A DNA stretch of 64,000 nucleotides from Alphaproteobacteria bacterium (GCA_965225945.1 CBDDBZ010000023.1:17788-81787), one strand, 5' to 3'. Positions 40,512 through 50,782 are shown, counted from the stretch's first letter. A program made the numbers and translations. The notes: generated from the sequence alone by a model not told the origin.

Positions 40512-41649
40512 TACTCGCCTCACCCCAGAGCCCGAAAATCCTTGTGCGAGATGATTCGGAAATTGTCGGTGATGGTGTCGCGCCACGTCGTCCACTCTCG
40601 TGGCAGTCGTCGGCGGAAGAAATCGTCGATGGCTTCGGTGAAGAGGGCGAAGCTGGCGTAGAAGCTGTTGTGGGTCACCTCGCGATGCATGACGCCCCAT
40701 AATCGCTCGATGGCGTTGAGGTGGGGAGCGTAGGACGGTTGGAAGATGAGCTTGATGCGGCAACCCGGTCTCTCCAGCCATTGTCGGACCAGGCGGGCGT
40801 GGTGATAGCGGGCATTGTCGGCGAAGACATAGATCCGCGACTTGCCGGGATTGGTGGCCTCCAGCATCTCGAACAGCGCGATCGTCGAGGCGGCGTTGAT
40901 CCTCTCGGCCTGGACCAAGGGGCAGTGGAAGTTTTCCAGGTTGAGCGCGCCGTGGAGATTGATGCGCTGGCGCCCCGAGGTCCGGCGTAACGCCACTTTG
41001 TCGCCCTTCTTGACCCAGCCATGGACTGGGCGGGACTGGAATTCCGGGTGCACCGCATCGGCGAAGTAGACCACCTCGTCGGCGGCCAAGCCGTTGAGCA
41101 ACTTATCATAGGCCTCGATAAAGGCGGCCTGCTCGGCCTCATCGGCCTGAGCCGGCAGGCTTTTCGGGCGCTTGTATTCGAAGCCCAGGCGATGCATCAC
41201 CTTGATGCAGCCCGAATGGCTGTAGATCACTCCGTAGGTCGCCTTGATATGGGCCGCCACCTCGCCGGTATCGCGGTAAAGCCGTTGGCTCAGATGGGCC
41301 GAAAGCTCCGCCTCTTGCTCCCGGCTCAGATGGCCCGACCGGCCATGCCAGTCGAACAGCGTCATTTCATCCAGGCCGCCCGCACGGTAGCGCTTCAGCC
41401 ACGTCCGCACCGTGTCGTCGTCGAGGTAGAGCCCCTTCGCCACCTCGACGCAGCTCGAGCCGTCATCCAAGAGCAGAACGGCGTTCGCGCGGCGCGCCAC
41501 CCCGTGGGTCTCGCTCGGATGCCCCATCACCGCCTCCAGGGCCGCGCGTTCCTCGATGCTCAGAAATCCACCGCGAATCATGACCGCGAGAAGAATCGAT
41601 CCGCAGCCGGATTGCCAGAACTTTTTCGGGTCTGCGGGGAGTCGGAGTA
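40512..41649 (-). mobile_element. IS630-family element with TA target duplication
   Basis: Imperfect IRs TA|tactcgcctcaccccagagcccgaaaa and TA|tactccgactccccgcagacccgaaaa; TA at 40510-11 and 41650-51. Confidence 0.85.
40520..41581 (-). CDS. IS630-family transposase
   Basis: RRANAVLLLDDG HTH, YFADAVHP, DNARYH, PSYAPHLNAIERLW (DDE). Confidence 0.95.
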   Translation of the reverse strand: MIRGGFLSIEERAALEAVMGHPSETHGVARRANAVLLLDDGSSCVEVAKGLYLDDDTVRTWLKRYRAGGLDEMTLFDWHGRSGHLSREQEAELSAHLSQRLYRDTGEVAAHIKATYGVIYSHSGCIKVMHRLGFEYKRPKSLPAQADEAEQAAFIEAYDKLLNGLAADEVVYFADAVHPEFQSRPVHGWVKKGDKVALRRTSGRQRINLHGALNLENFHCPLVQAERINAASTIALFEMLEATNPGKSRIYVFADNARYHHARLVRQWLERPGCRIKLIFQPSYAPHLNAIERLWGVMHREVTHNSFYASFALFTEAIDDFFRRRLPREWTTWRDTITDNFRIISHKDFRALG

Positions 41650-41749
41650 TACATGAATCGACACTAAAGATCAGCAAAATTGCGGACCATCTGGGCAATG
41701 CGGGCTAAACTGTCGCCTCCCGTCGAGCCAAATTCGGAGCGCCTCGCCG

Positions 41750-42889
41750 ATGAAAATCGATGACCTCACGGCCTATGCCGTCTCCTTCCCGATCCCGGCC
41801 GACAAGGCCGTCACCCTCGGCATCGGCCGCGCCGTCAAGCGCGACGCCGTGCTGATCAAGGTGGCGACGGCGGGCGGCCTGGTCGGCTGGGGCGAGGCGC
41901 ATGCCGGTCGCGCGCCGGGCGCCGTCGCCCAGCTCGCCAACACCACGCTTCGGAGCCTGATCCTCGGCATGGAGGCGAGCGACGTGGTCGGCGTCTGGGA
42001 CCGGATCTACAAGATGCAGCTCGCCAGCCACGGCATGGGGGCGGCCGCCGCGATCGCCCTGAGCGGGATCGACATGGCGCTCTGGGACATTCGCGCCAAG
42101 GCGGTCGGCTGGCCGCTCTATCGGCTGCTCGGCGGCCGGGCCAAACCGATTCCCGCCTATGCCGGCGGCGTCTCCCTCGGCTACCAGCCGCCGGAGGAGC
42201 TGGTGGCGGAGGCGAGCCAAGCGATCGAGGCGGGCTACCGGGCGCTCAAACTCCGCCTCGGCGACAGCGCCGCCGCCGACATCGCGCGGGTCCAGGCGGT
42301 GCGCGCCGCCTTGGGCGACGAGATCGACATCTTGAGCGACGCCAACGCGGCCTATTCGCTGGCCGACGCGCGCCGGGTGATGCCGGCCCTCGACGAGGCC
42401 GGCGTCGGCTGGTTGGAGGAGCCGTTCCCGCCGCACGACCATCGCCGCTACCGCGAGGCGCGGAGCTTCGGCATAACCCCCCTCGCCGCCGGCGAGAACC
42501 ACTACACCCGCTTCGAATTTCACCGCCTGATCGAGGACGGCGTGGTCACCATCGTGCAGCCGGATCTCTCCAAGACCGGCGGCGTCACCGAGGCCCAGCG
42601 CATCGCCGCCCTGGCCTCGGCCTGGAAGCTCTCGATCAATCCGCACACCTCGCTCACCGGGCTCAACGTCGCCGCCAGCCTTCACCTGCTCGCCAGCATC
42701 GACAACGCGGGCTATTTCGAGGCCGACATCTCCCGCCACAACCCCTTCCGCGACGAATTGTGCGACTGGCGGGCCGAGGTCGACGAGGCGGGCAAGGTGC
42801 ATCCGCCCGAGGGAGCGGGCCTCGGCGTCGAAATCGACGAGGCCGCGCTCGAGGCCTTCCCGCTGATCGACGGGCCCGGCTACGTCTGA
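41750..42889 (+). CDS. Mandelate racemase/muconate lactonizing enzyme (enolase superfamily)
   Basis: GWGE, SGIDMALWDI, KLR, DAN, WLEEP, AGEN, QPDLSKTGG. Confidence 0.93.
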   Translation: MKIDDLTAYAVSFPIPADKAVTLGIGRAVKRDAVLIKVATAGGLVGWGEAHAGRAPGAVAQLANTTLRSLILGMEASDVVGVWDRIYKMQLASHGMGAAAAIALSGIDMALWDIRAKAVGWPLYRLLGGRAKPIPAYAGGVSLGYQPPEELVAEASQAIEAGYRALKLRLGDSAAADIARVQAVRAALGDEIDILSDANAAYSLADARRVMPALDEAGVGWLEEPFPPHDHRRYREARSFGITPLAAGENHYTRFEFHRLIEDGVVTIVQPDLSKTGGVTEAQRIAALASAWKLSINPHTSLTGLNVAASLHLLASIDNAGYFEADISRHNPFRDELCDWRAEVDEAGKVHPPEGAGLGVEIDEAALEAFPLIDGPGYV

Positions 42890-43166
42890 GCCGGCCCCGG
42901 CCACGAGGCGAGGCCACTCCGGATCTCCCTCGCATCGACGAGGCGGTATCGACCACCGCTAGCCCGGTTCACTTCACCGCCCGACGTCCAACCGCCGGAC
43001 AGCGATACGGTGCACGAGGCGACACCCTCGGTCCACCCGGCCGCCGCCGTGGAGCACGGCCCGTCGCCCCTCGCCATGGCCTTCACGGCCGTGCTGTCCA
43101 CCCCGTTCCCCGACGACGAGTGACATTTCGGTGAACGAAAGGCTAGGCGCGCCCAGGAGAACCCCC

Positions 43167-43800
43167 ATGTCCGAGATCGAATACTTCTATTCCGCCCATT
43201 CGGCCTATGCCTATCTGGGCTCCGCCCGCTTCATGGAGATCGCCCGGGCGGCGGGGCGCGGAATCGCCCACAAGCCCGTCGATCTCCGCCGCGTGGTGGC
43301 GCACGCCGGCGCCATACCCTTCGGCGAGCGTACCAAGGCGCATAGGGCCTACTATTTCTCGCGCGAGATCGAGCGCTGGGCCGAGTATCGCTCGGCGCCG
43401 GCCGGTCCTTGGGCGCCGGCCGACCCACCACGACAGCGACACGACGCTCTCGAACACCATGCTGATCGCCGGCGTCGTCGGGGGGGGGGTCGAGGTCGAT
43501 CGGCTAGCGCACGCGATGCTGGAATCGCACTGGCGCGACGATTCCGATCTCGGAGACCGCGACACCCTGGCGGCGCTGGCCCGCGGCGTCGATATCGATC
43601 CCGAGCCGCTGTTCGAGGCGGCGGCCGGGGCCGAGGTCCAAGCCCTATACGAGGCCAACACCGAAGAGGCGATCCGCCGCTCGGTCTTTGGCTCGCCCTG
43701 CTACTTCGTCGACGGCGACATGTTCTACGGCCAGGACCGCCTCGAGATGGTGGCCCGTGCGCTGCAACGAGCCTTCGCCGGGAGCTGGCCGAAGAGCTGA
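43167..43800 (+). pseudogene. DsbA / 2-hydroxychromene-2-carboxylate isomerase (GST kappa) family, frameshifted by a 4-bp GCCG duplication at 43397-43404
   Basis: IEYFYSAHSAYAYLG...; VFGSPCYFVDGDMFYGQDRLE in a second frame. Confidence 0.85.
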
Positions 43801-43927
43801 GCCGAGGCGTCGATTCCGACCGGGAAGGCCGCCGCCATCGTCCTCCTCGTCGCCGCAAGAGACTGAGGCCACGAAGCTTTTCGCGGCCGCGCCCGATCGC
43901 CGTCGGGCGTGCTATACAGCCTTCGAT

Positions 43928-46207
43928 ATGAGCGATCCCTTCGATCTCGCAAGCGTGGAGGCGGCGCCGACGGGCCAGCGCGTCGCGGCCGTGCCGCGGT
44001 TCTTGGACGGCCTCAACCCGGCGCAGCGCCAGGCGGCGGAGCAGCTCGACGGTCCCGTCCTGGTCCTGGCCGGCGCCGGCACCGGCAAGACCCGGGTGCT
44101 GACCGCCAGGCTCGCCAACGTGCTGCATCACCACCGCGCCTGGCCCAGCGAGATCCTCGCCGTCACCTTCACCAACAGGGCGGCGGCCGAGATGCGGGAC
44201 CGGGTCGCCGCCATGATCGGCCGTGCGGTGGAGGGCCTCTGGCTCGGTACCTTCCACGCCATCGGCGTCCGCATCCTGCGTCGTCACGCCGAGCTGGTGG
44301 GACTCAAGTCCAACTTCACCATCCTCGATACCGACGATCAGCTCCGCCTGATGCGCCAGGTGATGGAGGCCGCGAACCTCGACCAGAAGCGTTGGCCGCC
44401 GCGCTCCGTGCTCGCCACCATCGATCGCTGGAAGGACAAGGGGCTGACGCCGGACCAGGTGCCGGCGGCGGAGGCGGCGGGGCTCGCCGCCGGCCGGGGG
44501 GCCGCCCTCTACCGGGCCTACCGGGAACGCTTGAAGACGCTCAACGCCTGCGATTTCGGCGACCTGTTGCTGCACCCCTACCGCCTGTTCCTCAGCGAAC
44601 CGGAGGTCCTGGAGCGCTACCAGCGCCAGTTCAAATATATTCTGGTGGACGAATACCAGGACACCAACGTGCTGCAGTATCTGCTGCTCAGGCTGCTGGC
44701 CCAACGGCACCGCAACATCTGTTGTGTCGGCGACGACGACCAGTCGATCTACTCTTGGCGCGGCGCCGAGGTCGGCAACATCCTGCGCTTCGAGAAGGAT
44801 TTCGAGGGCGCCGAGGTGATCCGGCTGGAGCGGAACTACCGCTCGACGCCGCATATCCTGGCTGCCGCCTCGGGCCTCATCGCCCACAACGAGGGCCGGC
44901 TCGGCAAGACGCTGTGGACCGAGGGGGTGGACGGCCCGAAGGTCGCGCTGCACGGCGTGTGGGACGGGCCGGAGGAGGCCCGTTTCGTCGCCGACGAGGT
45001 GGAGGCGGGCCAGCGCGCCGGTCTGAGTCTCGACGAGATGGCGATCCTGGTCCGCGCCGGCCATCAGACCCGTGAGTTCGAGGAACGCTTCATCACCATC
45101 GGCGTGCCCTACCGGGTGATCGGGGGCCCGCGCTTTTACGAACGGGCGGAGATCCGCGATGCCATCGCCTATTTCCGCGTGATCGTGCAGCCGGACGACG
45201 ACCTCGCCTTCGAGCGGATCGTCAACACGCCGAAGCGCGGCTTGGGCACCGCGGCGCTCCGGGTGCTGCATCAGGCGGCCCGCGTCTCGGGGCGTTCGCT
45301 CAGCCTGGTCGCCACCGAGGTGGCCGAAAGCGACGAACTGCGCCCCCAGGCGCGCCGTTCTCTCAAAGCCCTGATGGCCGATTTCGGCCGCTGGCGCGAC
45401 CTGGAAGCGCGGATGAACCACCTCGAGCTCGCCGAGAGCATACTGGACGAGAGCGGCTACACCGCCATGTGGCAGGCCGACAAGTCGCCCGACGCGCCGG
45501 GCAGGCTGGAAAACCTGAAGGAGCTGATCCACGCCCTCGAGGGCTTCGAGAACCTCGCCGGCTTCCTGGAGCACGTCGCCCTGGTGGCGGAGAACGAGGC
45601 CCAATCGGGCGGGGAGGCGGTCAACATCATGACCCTCCACGGCGCCAAGGGGTTGGAGTTCGACAGCGTCTTTCTGCCGGGCTGGGAGGAGGGTCTATTT
45701 CCCCATAGCCGCGCCCTCGACGAGGGCGGCATCGCCGCGCTGGAGGAGGAGCGCCGCCTGGCCTATGTCGGCCTCACCCGGGCCAAGCGCCGCGCAGTGG
45801 TCAGCTTTGCCGCCAATCGGCGGATCTTCGATCGCTGGCAGAGCGCGCTGCCCTCGCGCTTCGTCGCCGAACTGCCGGAAGCCGACGTCGATCGCCGGAT
45901 CGCGATCGGGCTCCACGGCGGCGCCACCCCGATGCACGCGCGAGTGGGCTTCGACGACGGCTATGCGGCCGGCCATCGGATGCGCCGGGCGGGGCTGGCC
46001 GCGCCGACGCCCAGCACTATCGACGGCCAGGCGGAGACGGTGGTCACCAGCGATCCCGAGGGCACGCGCTTCAGCGTCGGCGAGCGGATCTTTCACCAGA
46101 GGTTCGGCTACGGCCGGATCCGCGCGGTCGAGGGCAACAAGCTCCAGGTCGAGTTCGAAAAGGCAGGCTCGAAGAAGGTGATCGACAGCTTCGTCGAGCG
46201 CCCCTGA
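43928..46207 (+). CDS. uvrD: ATP-dependent DNA helicase UvrD/PcrA
   Basis: LNPAQ, AGAGTGKT, TFTNRAA, VDEYQDTN, GDDDQSIY, NYRST, TLHGAKGLEF, EERRLAYVGLTRA, C-terminal tudor-like domain. Confidence 0.96.
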   Translation: MSDPFDLASVEAAPTGQRVAAVPRFLDGLNPAQRQAAEQLDGPVLVLAGAGTGKTRVLTARLANVLHHHRAWPSEILAVTFTNRAAAEMRDRVAAMIGRAVEGLWLGTFHAIGVRILRRHAELVGLKSNFTILDTDDQLRLMRQVMEAANLDQKRWPPRSVLATIDRWKDKGLTPDQVPAAEAAGLAAGRGAALYRAYRERLKTLNACDFGDLLLHPYRLFLSEPEVLERYQRQFKYILVDEYQDTNVLQYLLLRLLAQRHRNICCVGDDDQSIYSWRGAEVGNILRFEKDFEGAEVIRLERNYRSTPHILAAASGLIAHNEGRLGKTLWTEGVDGPKVALHGVWDGPEEARFVADEVEAGQRAGLSLDEMAILVRAGHQTREFEERFITIGVPYRVIGGPRFYERAEIRDAIAYFRVIVQPDDDLAFERIVNTPKRGLGTAALRVLHQAARVSGRSLSLVATEVAESDELRPQARRSLKALMADFGRWRDLEARMNHLELAESILDESGYTAMWQADKSPDAPGRLENLKELIHALEGFENLAGFLEHVALVAENEAQSGGEAVNIMTLHGAKGLEFDSVFLPGWEEGLFPHSRALDEGGIAALEEERRLAYVGLTRAKRRAVVSFAANRRIFDRWQSALPSRFVAELPEADVDRRIAIGLHGGATPMHARVGFDDGYAAGHRMRRAGLAAPTPSTIDGQAETVVTSDPEGTRFSVGERIFHQRFGYGRIRAVEGNKLQVEFEKAGSKKVIDSFVERP

Positions 46208-46214
46208 GCCGGCG

Positions 46215-47117
46215 ATGCTGGAGGTCGTCCGCGTCCGGGAGCCGAGGAGCTGGCGGCTGAGTCTGATCGTCCCGCGCCTTCACCTGCCGCCGTTCGAGGA
46301 CGCGCTGGCCGAGGCCTCGGCGCTGGCGACGACGGCGCTGCCGCCGGGCACGCATTGGCGGATCGACGCGCTGTTCCTGGAAACCCCGGACCGGGAGGCT
46401 TGGCGCGATCGACTGGGCGCCATCGCCCGGGGGCTCGACCTGCCGTTGCCGGAGGTTCACCTCGAACTCTTGGCCGAGACCGATTGGGTGGCGGAATCCC
46501 TACGCAACCTGGCGCCGGTCCGCGCCGGTCGTTTTTTCGTCCATGGCGCCCACGATCGCGACCGCGTGCCGACGGGCGCGACCGGGCTGGAGATTGAGGC
46601 GGGACGCGCCTTCGGCACCGGTAGCCACGAAACGACCCGAGGCTGCCTGCTGGCCCTCGACGCCTTGGCGAAGCGACGACGCTACCGCCGGGTTCTGGAT
46701 CTGGGGTGTGGTTCGGGGGTGCTGGCCTTGGCGGCGGCGCGACTCTGGCGGCGCCGGGTGCTGGCCGCCGACATCGATCCCCGCGCGGCCTGGACCACCG
46801 CCGAGAACGCGCGACGCAACGAGCTCGGTCCCTGGGTCCGGGCCTACCGGGCGGACGGGCTCGCACATCCGGCACTTCGCGCCGGCGGACCCCATGATCT
46901 GATTCTCGCCAACATCCTGGCCGGGCCGCTGCGTCGCCTGGCGCCGGATCTCGCCGCCGCCCTGGCGCCCCGGGGGCGGCTCGTGCTCTCCGGCCTATTG
47001 CATCGCCAGACCGCCTGGATCGAAGCGAGCTACCGGCAGGTCGCCCTGGTGCTGGAGCGGCGCTGGCGGCTGGGCGAATGGTCGACCCTGGTGCTGCGTC
47101 GCGGCGGCAGACACTGA
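46215..47117 (+). CDS. prmA: 50S ribosomal protein L11 methyltransferase
   Basis: DWVAESL, AFGTGSHETT, LDLGCGSGVLA, ANILAGPL, LSGLL. Confidence 0.93.
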   Translation: MLEVVRVREPRSWRLSLIVPRLHLPPFEDALAEASALATTALPPGTHWRIDALFLETPDREAWRDRLGAIARGLDLPLPEVHLELLAETDWVAESLRNLAPVRAGRFFVHGAHDRDRVPTGATGLEIEAGRAFGTGSHETTRGCLLALDALAKRRRYRRVLDLGCGSGVLALAAARLWRRRVLAADIDPRAAWTTAENARRNELGPWVRAYRADGLAHPALRAGGPHDLILANILAGPLRRLAPDLAAALAPRGRLVLSGLLHRQTAWIEASYRQVALVLERRWRLGEWSTLVLRRGGRH

Positions 47118-47121
47118 ACGC

Positions 47122-47157
47122 CCTCGCGCCGCCCGGAGGATTCCGGACGGCGCGAGG
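47122..47157. terminator. Hairpin between convergent prmA and DUF1127 genes
   Basis: cctcgcgccg...cggcgcgagg outer stem plus ccgga/tccgg inner stem; no strong U tract. Confidence 0.4.
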
Positions 47158-47187
47158 CAAATGTCGGCTACGGCAGGCGCGGCGCGC

Positions 47188-47733
47188 TCAGGCGACCTCG
47201 CGCTCGGTCCGGGGCTCGTCGTTGGCCGCGACCAGGACCTCGGGCTTCGCCTTCGGCGCCGAGGCGAGGCCGTGGGCCTGCTCGGCCAGCAGCGCGATGT
47301 CGCCCTTCTCGATGCCGATGTCGGCGAGGCGCCTGGGGTCCGTGCGATAGAGCGCGGCGATGGTCGAGGGCACCCGGACCCGCGCGGCCATGCGGGCCAG
47401 GGCCGAGAGCGTCCTGGCGACCAGGCCAGGGCCCGTCTCGCCATGGGCGCGCTCGATCGCGCCCTCGATGCCGCCCGGCTCGATCCCGATGTCGCGCAGC
47501 ATGTGCGGATCGAGTTGGCGCAACGCATTGGCCGTCGCCTTCCGGGCGAGCATCCGGCGCGGCACCGCGAAGAGCGCGGCGCCGACGGCCTCGATTAACT
47601 TGCCGAAGGCCTCGGCGCGGAGCGCGCGGCCCCGGGCGATGGCCAGTTCCTTGTTCGCCTCCGGCAGCACTTCGTAACCGGAGGTGGACGTCGGAACGTG
47701 ATGGGCAATGATGAATTCTCTGTGCAGGTACAT
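47188..47733 (-). CDS. Protein with two DUF1127-like motifs
   Basis: LRQLDPHMLRDIGI and LYRTDPRRLADIGI; C-terminal AANDE. Confidence 0.75.
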   Translation of the reverse strand: MYLHREFIIAHHVPTSTSGYEVLPEANKELAIARGRALRAEAFGKLIEAVGAALFAVPRRMLARKATANALRQLDPHMLRDIGIEPGGIEGAIERAHGETGPGLVARTLSALARMAARVRVPSTIAALYRTDPRRLADIGIEKGDIALLAEQAHGLASAPKAKPEVLVAANDEPRTEREVA

Positions 47734-47923
47734 CGTCTCGTCCTCCGTGGTTAGCGGCGTTGATCTCGATGTCCTACATATAGCCGTCCGGAACCCCGCC
47801 TCAACCCGCAAGTGCCGGAAATTCCACGATCTTTTCGCGACTCAGCCCCGCGTCGAACGCATGGCTCGTTGCGTCGGGCACGGCCCCCGCGCATAATTCG
47901 CCGGCACCACCGAGGGCTAGGGA

Positions 47924-49939
47924 ATGACGGCTTCGGCGAAACTCTCGAACGACGAGTTGGCGGGAATTCTGGCCGCCGCCGGCGCCACCACGACGCCGGA
48001 GGAACTCCGCCGCATGGTCGCGGGCATGGCCGCCGCGCCCGAGCCGGTGGAGGGTGCCGACCGTCTCCGCCTGGTCGCGAACGCGCCCTCGCCGGCGCTC
48101 GAGGCCGCGCTTCGGGGGCTGATCGAGGCAGCCCGGGTCGACGACGAGACGATCGTCGATCGAGGGCTGAGCGGGGCCCGGCTGGCGGCGCTCCGGGGTG
48201 AACTCGCGGGCCGCGAACTCGACGGCTTCCTGGTCCCGATGGCAGACGAATACCAGAACGAATTCGTGCCCCAGCGGGCGCTTCGGATCGCCTGGTTGAG
48301 CGGCTTCACCGGTTCTGCGGGGCTCGTCGCGGTCTTGGCCGAGCGGGCGGCGATCTTCACCGACGGGCGCTACACGCTCCAGGTCCGCGACCAGGTCGAC
48401 CTCGACCTGTTCGAGACCCACCACATCACCGATTCGCCGCCGACAAAATGGATCGAAACGCACCTGGTCGAGGGCGGTAAACTCGGCTTCGATCCCTGGC
48501 ACTTCACCAAGGGCGGCGAGAATCGCATTCGGGTGGCCGTCGAGGCGGCGGGTGCCACGCTGGTCGTGGTCGAGGACAATCCGCTCGACGCGGTCTGGCG
48601 CGATCAACCGGCGCCGCCGCTGGCGCCGATCGTCCCGCACGATCTGCAATTCGCGGGCGAGACCGCGGCCGACAAGCGGGCCCGCGTCGGCGCCCTGCTA
48701 TCCGAGGCCGGCGTCGACGGCGCGGTGATCACGGCACCGGACTCGATCGCCTGGCTCTTGAACGTGCGCGGCGCCGACGTCCCCCGGACGCCGTTGCCGC
48801 TTTCCTATCTGATCCTGCTGGCGGACGGCCGGGCCGACTTCTTCGTCGATGGCCGCAAACTGGTGCCGGGGCTCGAAAGCCATCTCGGCAACGAGGTCCG
48901 GGTGCGCGGGCCCGAGGAGTTCGCCCACGCCCTGGACGAGCTGGCGGACCGCAAGCTCCGGGTCGATCCGGCATCCGCCGCGAGTTGGGTCTTCGCCCGG
49001 CTGGCGGCGGCGGGCGCCGAGGTGGCGGAGGGGAAGGATCCCTGCCAACTGCCCAAGGCGATCAAAAACGCGATCGAGCTCGACGGCACGCGGGCGGCGC
49101 ACGCCCGCGACGGGGTCGCGGTGACGCGCTTCCTCGCTTGGCTCGACGCCGAGGCGCCCTCGGGCGCCCTCGACGAGATCTCCGCCCTCGATCGCCTGGC
49201 CGCCTTCCGCCGCGAGGGCGAGCGGTTCCGCGGCCTCAGCTTCGACACCATCTCCGGCGCCGGGCCGAACGGCGCCATCGTGCACTACCGCGCGAGCGCC
49301 GAGACCAACCGGAAGCTCGAGCCGGACATGCTCTATCTGGTCGATTCCGGCGCTCAATACCTCGACGGCACCACCGACATCACGCGCACCGTCGCGATCG
49401 GCGAGCCCAGCGACGAGATGCGGGACCGCTTCACCCGGGTGTTGAAAGGTCACATCCAGCTCGGCGCCAGCGTTTTCCCCGAGGGCACCACGGGTTCGCA
49501 GCTCGACACGCTGGCCCGGGCGCCGATCTGGCGGGCGGGGCTGGAGTTCGATCACGGCACCGGCCACGGCGTCGGCAGCTATCTCGGCGTGCACGAGGGC
49601 CCACAGGGGATCTCCAAGGCGCAACGCGAGGTGGCGCTGGAGCCTGGCATGGTGCTCTCCAACGAGCCCGGCTACTACAAGAGGGGCGAATACGGCATCC
49701 GGATCGAGAACCTGGTGGCCGTCGTCAAGGCGGAGATCGAGGGGGCCGAGCGGGAGATGCTGGCCTTCGAGACCCTGACCCTGGCGCCGATCGACCGGCG
49801 GCTGATCGTGACCGAGCTGCTGGGGGCGGACGAGCGAGACTGGCTCGACGGCTATCACGCGCGCGTCCGGGCGACGCTCGCGCCGCGCCTCGACGCCGAG
49901 GTTCGGGGCTGGATGGAGGCGGCCACCCGGCCACTTTGA
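47924..49939 (+). CDS. Xaa-Pro aminopeptidase (M24B) with N-terminal extension
   Basis: GFTGSAG, FTDGRY, WLLNVRG.D, DSGAQY.DGTTDITRT, HGTGHGVG, HEGP, SNEPGYY, GIRIEN. Confidence 0.95.
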   Translation: MTASAKLSNDELAGILAAAGATTTPEELRRMVAGMAAAPEPVEGADRLRLVANAPSPALEAALRGLIEAARVDDETIVDRGLSGARLAALRGELAGRELDGFLVPMADEYQNEFVPQRALRIAWLSGFTGSAGLVAVLAERAAIFTDGRYTLQVRDQVDLDLFETHHITDSPPTKWIETHLVEGGKLGFDPWHFTKGGENRIRVAVEAAGATLVVVEDNPLDAVWRDQPAPPLAPIVPHDLQFAGETAADKRARVGALLSEAGVDGAVITAPDSIAWLLNVRGADVPRTPLPLSYLILLADGRADFFVDGRKLVPGLESHLGNEVRVRGPEEFAHALDELADRKLRVDPASAASWVFARLAAAGAEVAEGKDPCQLPKAIKNAIELDGTRAAHARDGVAVTRFLAWLDAEAPSGALDEISALDRLAAFRREGERFRGLSFDTISGAGPNGAIVHYRASAETNRKLEPDMLYLVDSGAQYLDGTTDITRTVAIGEPSDEMRDRFTRVLKGHIQLGASVFPEGTTGSQLDTLARAPIWRAGLEFDHGTGHGVGSYLGVHEGPQGISKAQREVALEPGMVLSNEPGYYKRGEYGIRIENLVAVVKAEIEGAEREMLAFETLTLAPIDRRLIVTELLGADERDWLDGYHARVRATLAPRLDAEVRGWMEAATRPL

Positions 49940-50116
49940 ACCAGGTGGCGATCCTGCCCACCGCCGTCGATTCCGAAGGCGACGACGATCCCGCCGACCG
50001 GGCGGCGATGCTGGCGCTGATCGAGCGCCCGCGCGCACGCGAGGCGGCGTCGCGCCGGACGCTCAACCCGAACAGCTTCGCCGTCGCCCGCTTCCGAGAG
50101 CCTCAACCCTCGGGCG

Positions 50117-50761
50117 TCATCCCGCTTTGGTGACGACCGTGACGCCGATCATGGCGTCGCGGCCGACCAGGGCGGCGAGCGCGTCTTCGTGCAGGCCCTC
50201 GGTTCCCTCCGGCCGGCGGGGGATGACCACGTAACGCATGTCGGCGGTGCTGTCGTGGACGCGGATGGAGGTGGAATCGGGAAGCTCGGTGCCGAACTCC
50301 GCCAAGACCGCGCGCGGCTCGCGCACCATGCGGGAGCGGTAAGCCCGGGCCTTGTACCAATCGGGCGGCACCCCCAGAAGATTTCTCGGATAGCACGAGC
50401 AAAGCGTGCAGACGACGACGTTGTGGACCTCCTCGGTATTCTCCAGCGCGATCAGATGGGTCGGCTGAATTTCGATATCGAGCTCGGCCACGGCCGCGTT
50501 GGCGTCCTCGAAGAGGCGCGCCTTGTAGTCGGGATCGGTCCAGGCACGGGCCACCACCCGGGCGCCGTGCCCGGGGCCGCGTCCATCCATGATCTCCATC
50601 TGTCGGCGGATATCGTCGGCGGTGATGACGCCCTTCTCGATCAGTAGTTCGCGGAGCGCGCCCTCGATGTAGCGATGCTCGCTCCAGGTTCCCTCGTCGG
50701 TATCGGGGTGCGCGGTCGTTGCGTGGGAATGATCGTGGTCGTGGCTGTGCGTGTCGCTCAT
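50117..50761 (-). CDS. Co-type nitrile hydratase alpha / thiocyanate hydrolase gamma-like subunit
   Basis: GARVVARAW.DP, VVCTLCSCYP metal motif, PPDWYK..YRSR.VREPR, VHDSTADMRY; His-rich N-terminus. Confidence 0.95.
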   Translation of the reverse strand: MSDTHSHDHDHSHATTAHPDTDEGTWSEHRYIEGALRELLIEKGVITADDIRRQMEIMDGRGPGHGARVVARAWTDPDYKARLFEDANAAVAELDIEIQPTHLIALENTEEVHNVVVCTLCSCYPRNLLGVPPDWYKARAYRSRMVREPRAVLAEFGTELPDSTSIRVHDSTADMRYVVIPRRPEGTEGLHEDALAALVGRDAMIGVTVVTKAG

Positions 50762-50782
50762 CGTCGCTCTCCTCGGTCGGCC

